Origin: Pristiophorus japonicus
Taxonomy: Eukaryota
Length of the DNA: 64,000 bases
Reading direction: 5' to 3'
Assembly (NCBI RefSeq): GCF_044704955.1
Contig: NC_091989.1
Span: 142,538,001-142,602,000, forward strand
Part shown: positions 51,001 through 61,432 of the stretch, piece by piece
How the letters are laid out: each line of letters opens with the position of its first letter
Position numbering within the stretch: position 1 is the stretch's first letter
The notes under the pieces: generated by a model
The model's database searches: none
Told to the model about the DNA's origin: nothing
What the model saw: only the letters and a program-made list of their open reading frames with translations
Program-made: the position numbers and the translations under genes

Positions 51001-52838
51001 ATATAATGCCTTCCCGCAGAAGCCTGTCTAGTTCGTGTTCAATCTTTTCCCTCATCACATAGGGTACAGCTCTGGCCTTGTGATGGACCGGTCTAGCATC
51101 CTGTGTGATGTAGATTTTGACTTTGGCCTCTTTGAAAGTGCCCACACCTGCCTGAAAGAGATGTTCAAATCGCTTTATAACTGTTGAGCAGGAGGTCCGT
51201 TCCTCTAATGACATGGCATGGACATCATCCCATTTCAAGTTTAGTTTTGCCAGCCAGCTTCTCCCCAGCAGTGCTGGGGGGTCTCCGGGGACAATCCACA
51301 GGGGAAGTCGGTTCACTGTCCCTTTGTGTGTGACAGAGAGCATGGCGCTGCCGAGGACTGGTACGATTTCTTTGATATAGGTCCTTAGTTTGGTGTCGAC
51401 CCTTGTGAGTTTTGGTCTGTCTCTTTTATGCGGCCACAGTTGTTCAAATTGTTGAGCGCTCATGAAAGATTGACTCGCTTCTGTATCCAGCTCCACGTTG
51501 ACAGATATCCCATTGAGTAGGACCCTCATCATTATAGGAGGCGTCCTGTCGTAGGAGCAGCGGCCATTGATTGTGTTGACCCGCTGTACATCGGTGTCCC
51601 GAGTACTGACCCCACCGTCTTCTGATCCGCTTTCCGACCCATCCGATCCGCATACCAGCCGAGCTGCCGTTTTTTTGCACATGCGGGCCAAATGCCCTGT
51701 ATATTCACAGTTCCTGCAAACAGCCTGCTGAAATCGACATTCCCTTGACGAGTGCCCACCCCCACACCTCCAGCACAGACTGCATGCAAAGAATGAGCTG
51801 CGTCTGGCTGATCTCTCTTGAGCTTCTCTCAGTTTGTAGTTGATTACTCGCATTGTGGGTTGATGAGGTGTGAACGGCCGTTCCTGTGGCCCTTGATGGC
51901 TTCTGTTGCCACTGCTTGCTGTCAAAAACCTGTTCTGCCGGTTTTGTCTGTGTGTGGGGGTAGCAGCTTTTCTAATGCTGTGAACTCCTTTTTCCATTAT
52001 TTTGTTAGTTGTTGTACCTGCATTGTAAATCAACCTCGGTTCTTCTTCCCCTACCAAGAATGTCTGTGCAACCAGTGCTGCTGCCTCTACGGTCAGGTTC
52101 TTGGTCTCTATGAGCTTTTGGAATAGGCCTGCGTGGCCTATTCCTTCAATGAAAAAGTCTCTCAGCATTTCTCTCCTCAGTTCATCGGAGATCTCAGATA
52201 AACTAGCCAACCTCCGAAGTTCCACCACAAAGTTGGGTATGCTCTGGCCCACACAGCATCTGTAGTTGTAGAACCTGTGGCTGGCCATGTGTAGGCGGCT
52301 CGCTGGCTTCAGGTGGTCTCTTACCAGTGTGCTCAATTCTTCAAACGACTTGCTTGCTGGTTTCTCAGATGCCAACAGATCCTTCATTAAAGCGTATGGT
52401 TTCGAGCCACAGCTGGTCAAGAGATGGGCTCTTCTCTTGTTTGCTGTATCGTCGCCTAACCAGTCTTTGGTTACAAAGCTTTGCTGGTGCCTTTCTATAA
52501 AGTCCTCCCAATTGTCTCCCGCATTGTACTTTTCATCTGATCCGTTGTTCGCCATTCTGTGGATTCTGTAATCCCGTAACCGTCGCCACTGTAAAGTCCT
52601 GTCCCCTCAGTACAGATTCACACGAGGCATGTAGTGAAGTCAAGGTCACTCTGGACCTGCACCTTTTATTTCACAGCTCTGGAATGCTGCACTTGCCTGA
52701 GACCTGTCCTTATATACCTGTCTCTTGCAAGTGCACCCCTGGTGGTAAGGTATGCTGGTGGTTACAGGTCATATCTTATTACAGTCATGTATAGCATGTT
52801 GGGATACAGTTTTATATAATAATGTAAGATACATGACA
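48098..52838 (-). mobile_element. Gypsy LTR retrotransposon B, structurally complete
   Basis: 249-bp LTRs 48098-48346 and 52590-52838 (about 5 mismatches by eye); TSD ctact 48093-48097 / 52839-52843; PBS tggcgacg 52581-52588; PPT next to 48347. Confidence 0.97.
48482..52555 (-). CDS. Gypsy Gag-Pol polyprotein, 1357 aa
   Basis: Single ORF: CCHC knuckles, protease (DTE in place of DTG), RT FQDD, RNase H (CDAS, TDH), integrase HHCC and DDE core. Confidence 0.93.
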   Translation of the reverse strand: MANNGSDEKYNAGDNWEDFIERHQQSFVTKDWLGDDTANKRRAHLLTSCGSKPYALMKDLLASEKPASKSFEELSTLVRDHLKPASRLHMASHRFYNYRCCVGQSIPNFVVELRRLASLSEISDELRREMLRDFFIEGIGHAGLFQKLIETKNLTVEAAALVAQTFLVGEEEPRLIYNAGTTTNKIMEKGVHSIRKAATPTHRQNRQNRFLTASSGNRSHQGPQERPFTPHQPTMRVINYKLREAQERSARRSSFFACSLCWRCGGGHSSRECRFQQAVCRNCEYTGHLARMCKKTAARLVCGSDGSESGSEDGGVSTRDTDVQRVNTINGRCSYDRTPPIMMRVLLNGISVNVELDTEASQSFMSAQQFEQLWPHKRDRPKLTRVDTKLRTYIKEIVPVLGSAMLSVTHKGTVNRLPLWIVPGDPPALLGRSWLAKLNLKWDDVHAMSLEERTSCSTVIKRFEHLFQAGVGTFKEAKVKIYITQDARPVHHKARAVPYVMREKIEHELDRLLREGIISPVEFSDWASSIVPVMKPDGSVRICGDYKSTINRVSLQDQYLLPRAEDLFATLAGGKLFSKLDLTSAYMMQELTEESKLLTTINTYRGLFMYNRCPFGIRSAAAIFQRNMESLLKSIPGMVVFQDDILITGRDTDSHLRNLEEVLKWLDRVGLRVKKSKCLFLAPEVEFLGRRIAADGIRPTESKTEAICLAPRPRNVSELRAFLGLLNYFGNFMQNLSTLLEPLHVLLRKGCDWFWGDAQERAFNKACNLLCSNTVLTFFDPGKKLVLTCDASAYGVRCVLQHVNGAGKLQPIAYASRSLSRVERGYGMVEKEALACVYGVKKMHQYLFGAKFALETDHKPLTSHLSESKAINANASARIQQWALMLASYDYTIRHRPGTDNCADALSRLPLATTEGSDEQDCEIVMAINAFESTGSPMAAHQIRAWTASDPTLSLVKRYVLTGGWAEARDACPEELKPFHRRMHELSLQADCLMWGSRVVMPLRGREAFVRELHREHPGIVLMKAIARSHVWWPGIDADLELCVRRCTICAQLSNAPREAPLSPWPWPTKPWSRVHVDYAGPFMGKIFLVVVDAFSKWIECTILNSSTTSTTVESLATMFATHGIPDILVSDNGPCFTSAEFQDFIIDHGINHVKTAPFKPASNGQAERAVQIIKQGMLKIQGPKLQGRLSRLLLAYRSRPHSLTEIPPAQLLMKRTLKTRLSLILPDRHEIIEAKRRKLTEYHDRNSRERWNEIGDKVFVLNYGRGPKWLAGTVTGKEGNRLLVIQMDNGQTCRRHVDQVKSRFTNSTAEPQADYNVELTPHLVDRQREQPEERAIPTDSPGESTTITPIETDSPG

Positions 52839-54062
52839 CTACTCAGCTACCAGACGCGATCCCACTCACTCACTGGGGTTCCCCCTGCAGAATTGTTAAT
52901 GAAGAGAACACTCAAAACCAGGCTCTCCCTAGTCCACCCGGATCTAAATGATCATGTGGAAAACCGGCGTCACCTGCAAAACATGTACCACGATCGCGCG
53001 GCTGTATCGCGTGACATTGATGTTAACGATCCTGTGTTTGTCCTTAATTACGGTCATGGTTCAAAATGGGTCGCTGGCACTGTCTTGGCTCAGGAGAGGA
53101 AGAGAGTGTTTATAGTCAAACTATTGAATGGACAAATGTGCAGAAAGCATTTGGATCAGACCAAACTGCGGTTCACCGACAACCAGGAACAACCTGAAGA
53201 GGACATCACCATCATCGATCCACCAACACACACCCAACCAGCAATTGACCTCGCTGTCAATCAAGAGGATGAACCCACCAGTCCCAACAGTCCTGTCAGA
53301 CCAGCCGCGCCGTAGTGCAGCAATGGTCCGACCAACTCACCCATGCCAGAGTTTGAACTCAGACGATCAACCAGGGAGCGTAGGGCACCGATCGTCTCAA
53401 TTTTTAAATAATTTGTATCAAAGACTTTGGGGGAAGTGATGTTATGTATGTAAACATTGTAACTGTGTAAGACTTGCCAACCAGAGGGCACAACTGTTGG
53501 AGGTCCAAGGATCACCTGCACACCTCGTGCAAGGGAGTGTAAAAGGTTGTCTGCCATGCTGCCATACGTAACACCGCCCACCCACTTATTGGGGGCGGAA
53601 TCATCAGAATGGGTGAAATCAACGCCCATAATATCGCCCAGCGTTACTTTCCACATGAAATTAACGCCGAGATTCAATAATACCGCCCGCCCACTTTTTT
53701 TTGTTGTAAAGATCATATTTCCCGAAACTAGCAGCCATGAGATCGCCCAGCGACACTTTCACCACCTCGCACACATATCGCCCACAATATCGTTTGCCCA
53801 AAAAAATGCCCAGAAAAAGAAGAACTAACTGGAACTAATTACAGCGTTATGGATGTCATGTTCGAGATTACATGTCACATCCTTTAAAAGGCTGCTGTGC
53901 TTCAACCTCGGGGGAGTTCAGATGTACTCTGGAGGTCATTGGAATTGATGTGAACATCTGTACAAACATCTTGACCATACTGTGGACGATTGGAATTTAA
54001 TAGGTCTTCATTGGGACATTCGTTGTTTGAGACCAATCGGTGGAAAACAGAGTGCTATTGCA

Positions 54063-55266
54063 ATGGGGCCTGTCCTTTCTCACCCTCTCTTGATGACCAC
54101 TTACATGCTGCAGACTCGAGATGGCAGAAGGTACGCTCCACAGCATCATGTGCCCAATGTAAGACGTGCCAGACTGATGAGGAGGACCAGACGTTGCACT
54201 CCCCGCAAATACAGGAAGAAGCAGTCTTACCTCAACTTGCCTGACATCACCTGCCTTCCGAAACTGCGCTTTCACAAAGAGGTTATCACTGAAGTATGCC
54301 AGCTGATAAGAGCAGATCTACATCCTGCCAGCATCATCAGAACTGCACTGTCTGTCGAGGTCAAAGTCACCGCGGCACTGTCGTTCTACGCGTCGGGTTA
54401 TTTTCAGGCCTCACCTGACGACATTTGTGGTCTGTCTCAGCATGCCACATATTGCTGCATTAGACAGGTCACTGAAGCCCTGTACGCACACAGGAGGAAC
54501 TTGATCAGCTTCCCTATGACCAAGGAGACACAGAGTGAGAGGGCTCTAGGATTCTCCAGAATTGCAAACTTTCCCAAGGTGCAGGGAGCAATAGATTGTA
54601 CGCACATCACGATGCGGGCACCTTTTCAGGGTGCAGAGGTTTTCAGGAACCGCAAGGGACTCCACTCCCTGAATGTGCAACTCCTTGTCGACCACCAGCA
54701 AATTATAATGGCAGTGAATGCTAAATTTCTGGGCAGCATCCATGATGCTCACATCCTACGTCAGAGCATTGTACCTGACTTGTTTAAGAATCAGCCACAA
54801 GGTCAATGCTGGATGCTTGGTGATAAAGGATATGGCCTCGCCACCTGGCTGATGACCTCCCTGCATGACACCCACACCGAAGCCGAGAGGCGATACAACG
54901 AGCGCCACAAAGCCATTCGCAATATCGTGGAGAAAACCATTGGAGTACTGAAGCAGCTTTAGTTGCCTGGACCACTCAGGAGGCAAGCTCCAATACCACC
55001 CTGAGCAAGTAGCTCAATTCGTGATGGTGTGCTCCATGCTGCACAACTTGGCTATCAGGAGGGGACAGGAATTGCCTGATCAGTCTGACAGTCCACCTCA
55101 GCAGAGAGAGGAAGAGGAGGACGAGGAAGCAGACGCTGAAGTCGGCCCAAACAATCAGGCTGATGCTGAAGCCATGCCCCCGCCCCCCTGTAGACTGCTT
55201 GAAAGGGCCCGTGGTGGCATGATAGCTGCAAGAGCCTTACGTCAGGAGCTCATCATGCCACCATGA
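54063..55266 (+). pseudogene. Harbinger (HARBI1-like) DDE transposase, frameshifted near 54958
   Basis: GAIDCTH, FRNRKG, HDAHIL, LGDKGY, RNIVEKTIGVLK; continues in another frame as CLDHSGG...CSMLHN. Confidence 0.9.
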
Positions 55267-58179
55267 TAGCTGTAAGCACGTTGGTGTTATTTACAAGGCT
55301 GACACACTGCTGGGTGTACAGGTGATACATCAATGGTGGGCATCACCTTGGTGACAGTTAAAATTTAAGTTGATTGAAGTTAAGTGTCATTATACCCTTT
55401 GATGTTAAGGGATCACCAGTGTGTAACGGTGCAGCTATCTGAGCCATTGCGGAACAAGGTTTTGTTAAATAAAAGACATTTAAACCTAACATTAGTCTGA
55501 AATCATCAATACTTCTGTACAAAACAACCCTTTCCCCGCCCCCCCCGCTTCTCTTCCCCACCTCTACCTCTTACCCTTCCCCTCCTGACTCCAAGCCGTC
55601 TGGCCGAGGAGGTCCTCAGGCGCTGCTTCATTGGGGGGGGGGCAGGTGGGGGATGACAGCCGAGACGCTGCTTGGACGGATACGGGAGAGGACGATTCCG
55701 AGGTGGGAACGTGCTCCGAGCCAGAAGCAAGATGTTGCTCCTGGCTCTCGTGTGGTTGGCATTGGGGATGCGGCACCTTGGGGTACAGTGTCGCGCCCCG
55801 GGACCACTGGGAGCCCTCTGCCACCAGTGTTTCTGGCTACCAGCTCCAGGGCCTCCACCATCCCTTCCATGTTATATCTTATTTGTTGGACAAAAACTCG
55901 GTGGCAACTATGTTGGTGCTTAGTAGGCTTTTTGCTGCTGGTGAATCTCCCTCATATCTCCCAAAACAGCCAAACAAGCACACACTACACCCACACACGC
56001 CTTCAGTCCCTCTCAGCTCCCTCTCTCTCTCTCCTCTTCTGCGCATGTCGTGATGACCCTTGACCTCCTAAATCGCGGGAATCGAGCGTTGCCATGCCGT
56101 TGCTAAGGATGGCGACACTTTACGGCAGAAGGTCGGTGAGATTTAACGCTACCACCCATTTCATGTCGCTCACGGTAACGCCCAATTTCAAAAATGGAGA
56201 CTAGGTGCTTTGAGAATGGCCGAGAAGCCGGCGATCTGAAAATCCATTTTACCGCCCACGTCGGAAATGGGTGTTATGCACAAAAGTGTAAAACCTAGCC
56301 CCAAATCTGAATGATGTGGAATTTCTAAGTTCATTCTGCTGTTCCTAGGTCCAGTTTTTTTATTGTTCGGAACCAACAGTTTCATAACTATCGCTCGTAA
56401 AGATTCAACCAAATAATTTACGTTTTGGTCAGTAGGCTATCTGACACGTAGGCAAATCCATCAATATGTGTAAGAGTCTCTGAACGAAACGACATGTAGA
56501 ATCTCAATATGGAATGCACACACACTCCTCTTTGGGACACAACCCACTCTCCTAAGTCCAGCGAGCTTAGGTGTAGTTTGGCAGAGCGAGGGCTTGGGAA
56601 CTCCAAGTGAGCACAGGAGTAGTGCTACAGCTAAAACCCACTCATCGGCTCCAGATAACCCTGCAAACCAATGGGAAAGCTCCCAGCCCCCAGTGATCAG
56701 TTTACTCCAAATGGAATGACAAGATTCCATTAGAGAGCTAGTCTGGCAGGGCAGTCATCAACATTGCCCTCATGCACTTGGGATCCGCTTGGCTCAGATA
56801 CTGGATTACACGTCTGCCACAGCGAGTTAACTTAATTCCGAATTTCTATATACCACTTGTATCATCTTGGAGCCACCTTGACACCAAAGAGATGGTCGTA
56901 ACTATTGACAGCTGCAGGTTTGAGTCCTTGCTAGGTGGCTAGCAGGTACCAAGAGCTCCTCAAAGTGGTGAGTGAGCATCAGAACTGACCATAAAATGTG
57001 TGAGTGCATTGTCAGCATCATGCTGACCACAGCAAGGACACATATCATATTGTGTAGCTTGAGAAGTAGCTGTTTGCCTCTATGCCAGCCAATCATGTTA
57101 GGTATTAGGCCCTGGATATATAAGAAAGTGACTTCCTTTTAACACCTTCCAGCATCAGTTGTTCAAGTCTCAGTTTCCTTATCAGCTATTAGACAGACAT
57201 CTGCCTTCAACTTGGTGGAAGAAGTTACGTAGGGCAGTTTGTGTCATGCCATACATCCTGGTGTTCTAATTGTCCCAACTTCTTAATCTAGGTCCTCATT
57301 TGAGGGGGTTTATCAAAGAAGTATGTCAGTATTATGGTGACATACCCTCCATGGTATTCAGTGACAGATCAGTGTAGGTTGCAACCATTCCTCTTTACTG
57401 CCTCTTTTCCTTTTTGCCACAAATCCACCTCATGGTTTGGTCCTGGCCCAGGCCATAGATAGCCTTTCCATTGCATGCATAGGAGTATAAGTATAAATGC
57501 AAGTTTTAAAAAATGCCCCCAAGCCTGTTCTTTTATATTACATTGCCATGTTATAGTGCAGCTCATCAACACGTGGCTTTTATTTGTATCACTATATCTC
57601 ACCTCATGTTTTAACACCAGCGAAAGAAAGGTCTTGATGCAAGCCAGCTCCTGATCTTCTAGGTCGAAAAGGAAAAGTCTTATTTTCTAAATGAGGGCCT
57701 GGAGCATGAGGTGCCGCATACCTTGGGTGCAGTGTGAGGCTGGGAGGGATACTGGAACAATCAGTAACTATTTTCACATTGACCTCACAATATAAATGGC
57801 AGTGCAGACACTGAACTGTTCACAAGTTTCACATTTTTTTTTGTCGAAAGAATTCCATTTGCGAAGGAATAGGAGCCCTCTGAAATATTGATATGTTTAA
57901 AAATGTCAAGAATTACAATAAAAGATGGAACATCAGAAGGCCTCTTGATGTACCAACAGATGTCTTGTCCATTTGACCAGATACTGTAAATAAATCTGCA
58001 GTTTCTGCATCATTTATCAATAAAGGGTGCTTTCAGTTATTTAATTGTGTTGCTTTATGCTGTGCTGCAACCAAATTTAAAACTATGTTTTCTGCCGCAG
58101 GCACAGTCTTGCTCTAGCCAGCACAGAAAAAGAGCAGCAAATACTCAATATCACATCTTTGGTTTTGTGATTTTTACAG

Positions 58180-58290
58180 GTTCCAACCCAAGAATCAGGT
58201 CACAAGCATTGCTCACTATTTTGCTAACTTTTATGATCACAGCAGTTGTTTGCTTTGGAACATTTATTTTCTACAGCCATAAAAGAACAG
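58180..58290 (+). CDS. IgSF receptor exon 4: transmembrane segment
   Basis: tttttacag|gt...aca g|gtaaat, phase 1-1, 111 nt; ALLTILLTFMITAVVCFGTFIFY followed by basic HKR. Confidence 0.85.
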
Positions 58291-58831
58291 GTAAATAACC
58301 AATCTTTTTTTAATCTTGTTTTCGGGATGCAGGTGACTTTGGCAAGACTGTATTTATTGCCCCTCTGTAGTTGTTCTGCTTGAACCACTGCAGTCCGTGT
58401 GCTGATGATGCTCCCTCAGTGGTGTTGGGTGGAAAATTTCACGATATTGACCCAGTGATGATGATCCAGTTTTAAAGATAACTCCTTCTGCCCCTGGTAT
58501 CCTACATTGTAATTATTTTTTTCAGCCATAACATTCAAATGTGCACGGTATTCTAACCAGATTTGCAAAGCTGTTGGCTTTTTAAGCTGACATTTAGTGC
58601 TTCAACCCATTTGTCAGCTTGTTAGCATTTCAGAGGAGAAATCAACTTTTGTTCACTGGCATTGGCAGTTGTCAACCAATTAGATCAGTTGAAGCGTATC
58701 ACCCAGCTTCTATCCAAAGAGAACACTAAAATAAATGTAAAATGGTGGGAAAATGTTCAATGCAGCACAGTGCTAGAATTACAGTTTATTTTGAAAAGAA
58801 CTGTGTGATTCTGTTCCTCTTTGTTTTTCAG

Positions 58832-59272
58832 TGGCTCCCAAAGTGACAGATATTATTAAACCAAGACACTTCCATAAGGATGACCCACTCTCTCTGGTTT
58901 GTGCAGTTCTCTGGTTCAAACCGAAAGCAATCCGTGTCTCTTGGTACAGAGAGGAAGCAGGCAAATTCCAGAGAGTTCTCATCAGTAAATGGGACAGCAC
59001 CACATCTTCTGTAAAACAACGTGAATACAGAAGGATAGAAGATTACTTTCAGAGTGATCATGAGCAAGACAAAACAATGCACTTCGCAGAAGGAGAATAT
59101 GACATTACCATGACTTTGAATAATCACAAAGAAAGTGGAACATACAGTTTAATATCTCAGCTCATCTTCAGATATGCAGAAGCTGCAAAAGGAAGTCAGA
59201 CATATTTTTTTGAAGTCAAGCACAACTCTTTAAAGCAAACTATCTCAAAAGTAGCTGTTTTGGAAATTAAAG
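58832..59272 (+). CDS. IgSF receptor exon 5: post-TM C1-like Ig domain lacking the second Cys
   Basis: tttttcag|tg...aaa g|gtgagt, phase 1-1, 441 nt; APKV, LVCAVLWFKPKAIRVSW, SGTYSLISQL, YFFEVKHNSL. Confidence 0.88.
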
Positions 59273-59307
59273 GTGAGTTGCTGTTAAAGAAAATTAGAAT
59301 TGTTTTA

Positions 59308-59855
59308 AGAACATAAGAACATAAATAGGAACAGGAGTAGGCCATACGGCTCCTCGAGCCTGCTCCGCCATTCAGTAAGATCATGGCTGATCTGATCATG
59401 GACTCAGCTCCACTTCCCCGCCCACTCCCCATAACCCCTTATCCCCTTATCGTTTAAGAAACTGTCTATTTCTGTTTTAAATTTATTCAATGTCCCAGCT
59501 TCCACAGCTCTCTGAGGCAGCGAATTCCACAGATTTACAACCCTCTGAGAGAAGAAATTTCTCCTCATCTCTGTTTAAATGGGCGGCCCCTTATTCTAAG
59601 ATCATGCCCCCTAGTTCTAGTATCCCCCATCAGTGGAAACATCCTCACTGCATCCACCTTGTCAAGCCCCCTCATAATCTTATACGTTTCAATAAGATCA
59701 CCTCTCATTCTTCTGAATTCCAATGAGTAGAGGCCCAACCTACTCAACCTTTCCTCATAAGTCAACCCCCTCATCCCCGGAATCAACCGAGTAAACCTTC
59801 TCTGAACTGCCTCCAAAGCAAGTATATCCTTTCGTAAATTATGGAAACCAAAATA
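59308..59855 (-). mobile_element. CR1 LINE 3' fragment
   Basis: Minus ORF 59565-59873 RKDILALEAVQRRFTRLIPG; CR1 tail. Confidence 0.9.
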
Positions 59856-60079
59856 GGCAAGATTATATAACAAAATAGAAATCCTTTGTACATTGTTGTG
59901 TATAATATTCTAGCCGACAAATTATTGTGAGCATTATTAGCATACAGGCATTTAATGCATTTAGTTGAATTCCTTATCAATTATTTTAATGGAAGCACTA
60001 ACCCATTTATAATAGTTGGGATTTTTGCTTTGGTTAAAAAATGGGCAGAGGAACGTCATATAAATGCGTTAAGTGTCAT

Positions 60080-61050
60080 AACAACATAAGAAATAGGAGC
60101 AGGAGTAGGCCATCTGGCCCCTTGAGCCTGCTCTGCCATTCAATAAGATCATGGCTATCTGATCCTGGCCTCAACTCCACTTCCCTGCCCGCTCCCCATA
60201 ACTTTTGACTCCCTTATCTTTCAAAAATCTGTCTATCTCCACCCAGAGTAGAGAATTCCAAAGATTCATGACCTTCTGAGAGAAGAAATTCTTCCTCATT
60301 TCCATTTTAAATGGGTGACCCCTTATTCTGAGACTATGCCCCCTAGTTCTAGATTTCCTCCACAAAAGGAAACATCCTCTCTGCATTTACCCTGTCAAGC
60401 CCCCCTCAGAATCTTATACATTTCAATAAGATCATCTCTCAATCTTCTAAACTCCAATGAGTATAGATCCAACCTGCTCAACCTTTCTTCATATGACAAT
60501 CCCTTCATCTCAGGAATCAACCTCATGAACCTTCTCTGAACTGGCTCCAATGCAAGTATATCCCTCCTTAAATAAGTAGACCAAAACTGTACGCTGTATT
60601 CCAGGTGTGGTCTCACCATCGCCCTGTACAGTTGTAGCAGGACTTCTTTACTTTTATAATCCATCCCCTTTGCAATGAAGGCCAACATTCCATTTAATTC
60701 TTAATTACTTGCTGTACCTGCATGCTAACTTTTTGAGTTTCATGTACAAAGACCCCCAGATCCCTCTGTACCTCAGCATTTTGTAATCTCTCCCCATTTA
60801 AATAACAATTTGCTTTTTTGTTTTTCCTACCAAAGTGGATAACCTCACTATTTCCCACATTTATACTCCATCTGCCAAATTTTTGCCCACTTACTTAACC
60901 TATCTATATCCCTTTGTAGATTCTTTGCGTCCTCCTCATAACTTGCTTTCCTACCTGTCTTTGCATCATCATCAAATTTGGCTACAATATGCTCGATCCC
61001 TTCATCCAAGCCATTAATATAGATTGTAAATAGTTGAGGACCCAGCACTG
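60080..61050 (-). mobile_element. CR1 LINE 3' fragment
   Basis: Minus ORFs 60848-61060, 60395-60688 and 60171-60386. Confidence 0.9.
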
Positions 61051-61289
61051 ATAATATCATGTGATTATATTATATAATATAATATCCATAAGCTAATGTC
61101 ACACAGTAATTTCTCGAATATCTCTGAATGCCTTAGCTGCTCTTAAAATGCCCCTAGTGAAATGAGCAGGAGGTACCACCAGGATACCAAAATATTAACC
61201 AGATTACTAGGTTTGAAGATTCGGTAGCCAATCTGCTGTTCCTTTTGCCCAAGTTAACAGTCTCATTGTGATGTCATGTGTCTTGAACC

Positions 61290-61432
61290 ATAGGGGAGTC
61301 AAGGGTTATGAGGAACAGGCAGGAAAGTGGCATTGAGGCCAAGATCAGATCAGCCATGATCTTATTGAATGACGGAGCAGGCTCGAGGGGCCGTATGGCC
61401 AAGTCCTGCTCCTATTTCTTATGTTCTTATGT
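61290..61432 (+). mobile_element. CR1 3' UTR/tail fragment
   Basis: gatcagccatgatcttattgaatg...ctcctatttcttatgttcttatgt. Confidence 0.8.

Larger units (their letters stand above)
38436..53573 (+). mobile_element. Gypsy LTR retrotransposon A, decayed, hosting nested insertions
   Basis: LTRs 38436-38637 and 53440-53573 (tgttatgtatg...taaca; the 3' LTR has an internal deletion); TSD ccgcc 38431-38435 / 53574-53578; PBS tggtgacgag 38640; PPT 53429-53439; gag CCHC knuckles, protease DTG, RT FQDD, RNase H, integrase (VDFAG, SDNG, AER). Confidence 0.95.
38247..56301 (+). mobile_element. PIF/Harbinger DNA transposon split by a Gypsy insertion (own sequence 38247-38435 and 53574-56301)
   Basis: Imperfect TIR gggctagagtttcc / gtaaaacctagccc; HARBI1-type transposase at 54063-55266; CpG-rich subterminal sequence on both sides of the Gypsy TSD. 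Confidence 0.75.

Noticed and set aside
54063-55266. Domesticated host HARBI1 gene
   Set aside because: Frameshifted and enclosed by TIRs within an intron, so a transposon copy
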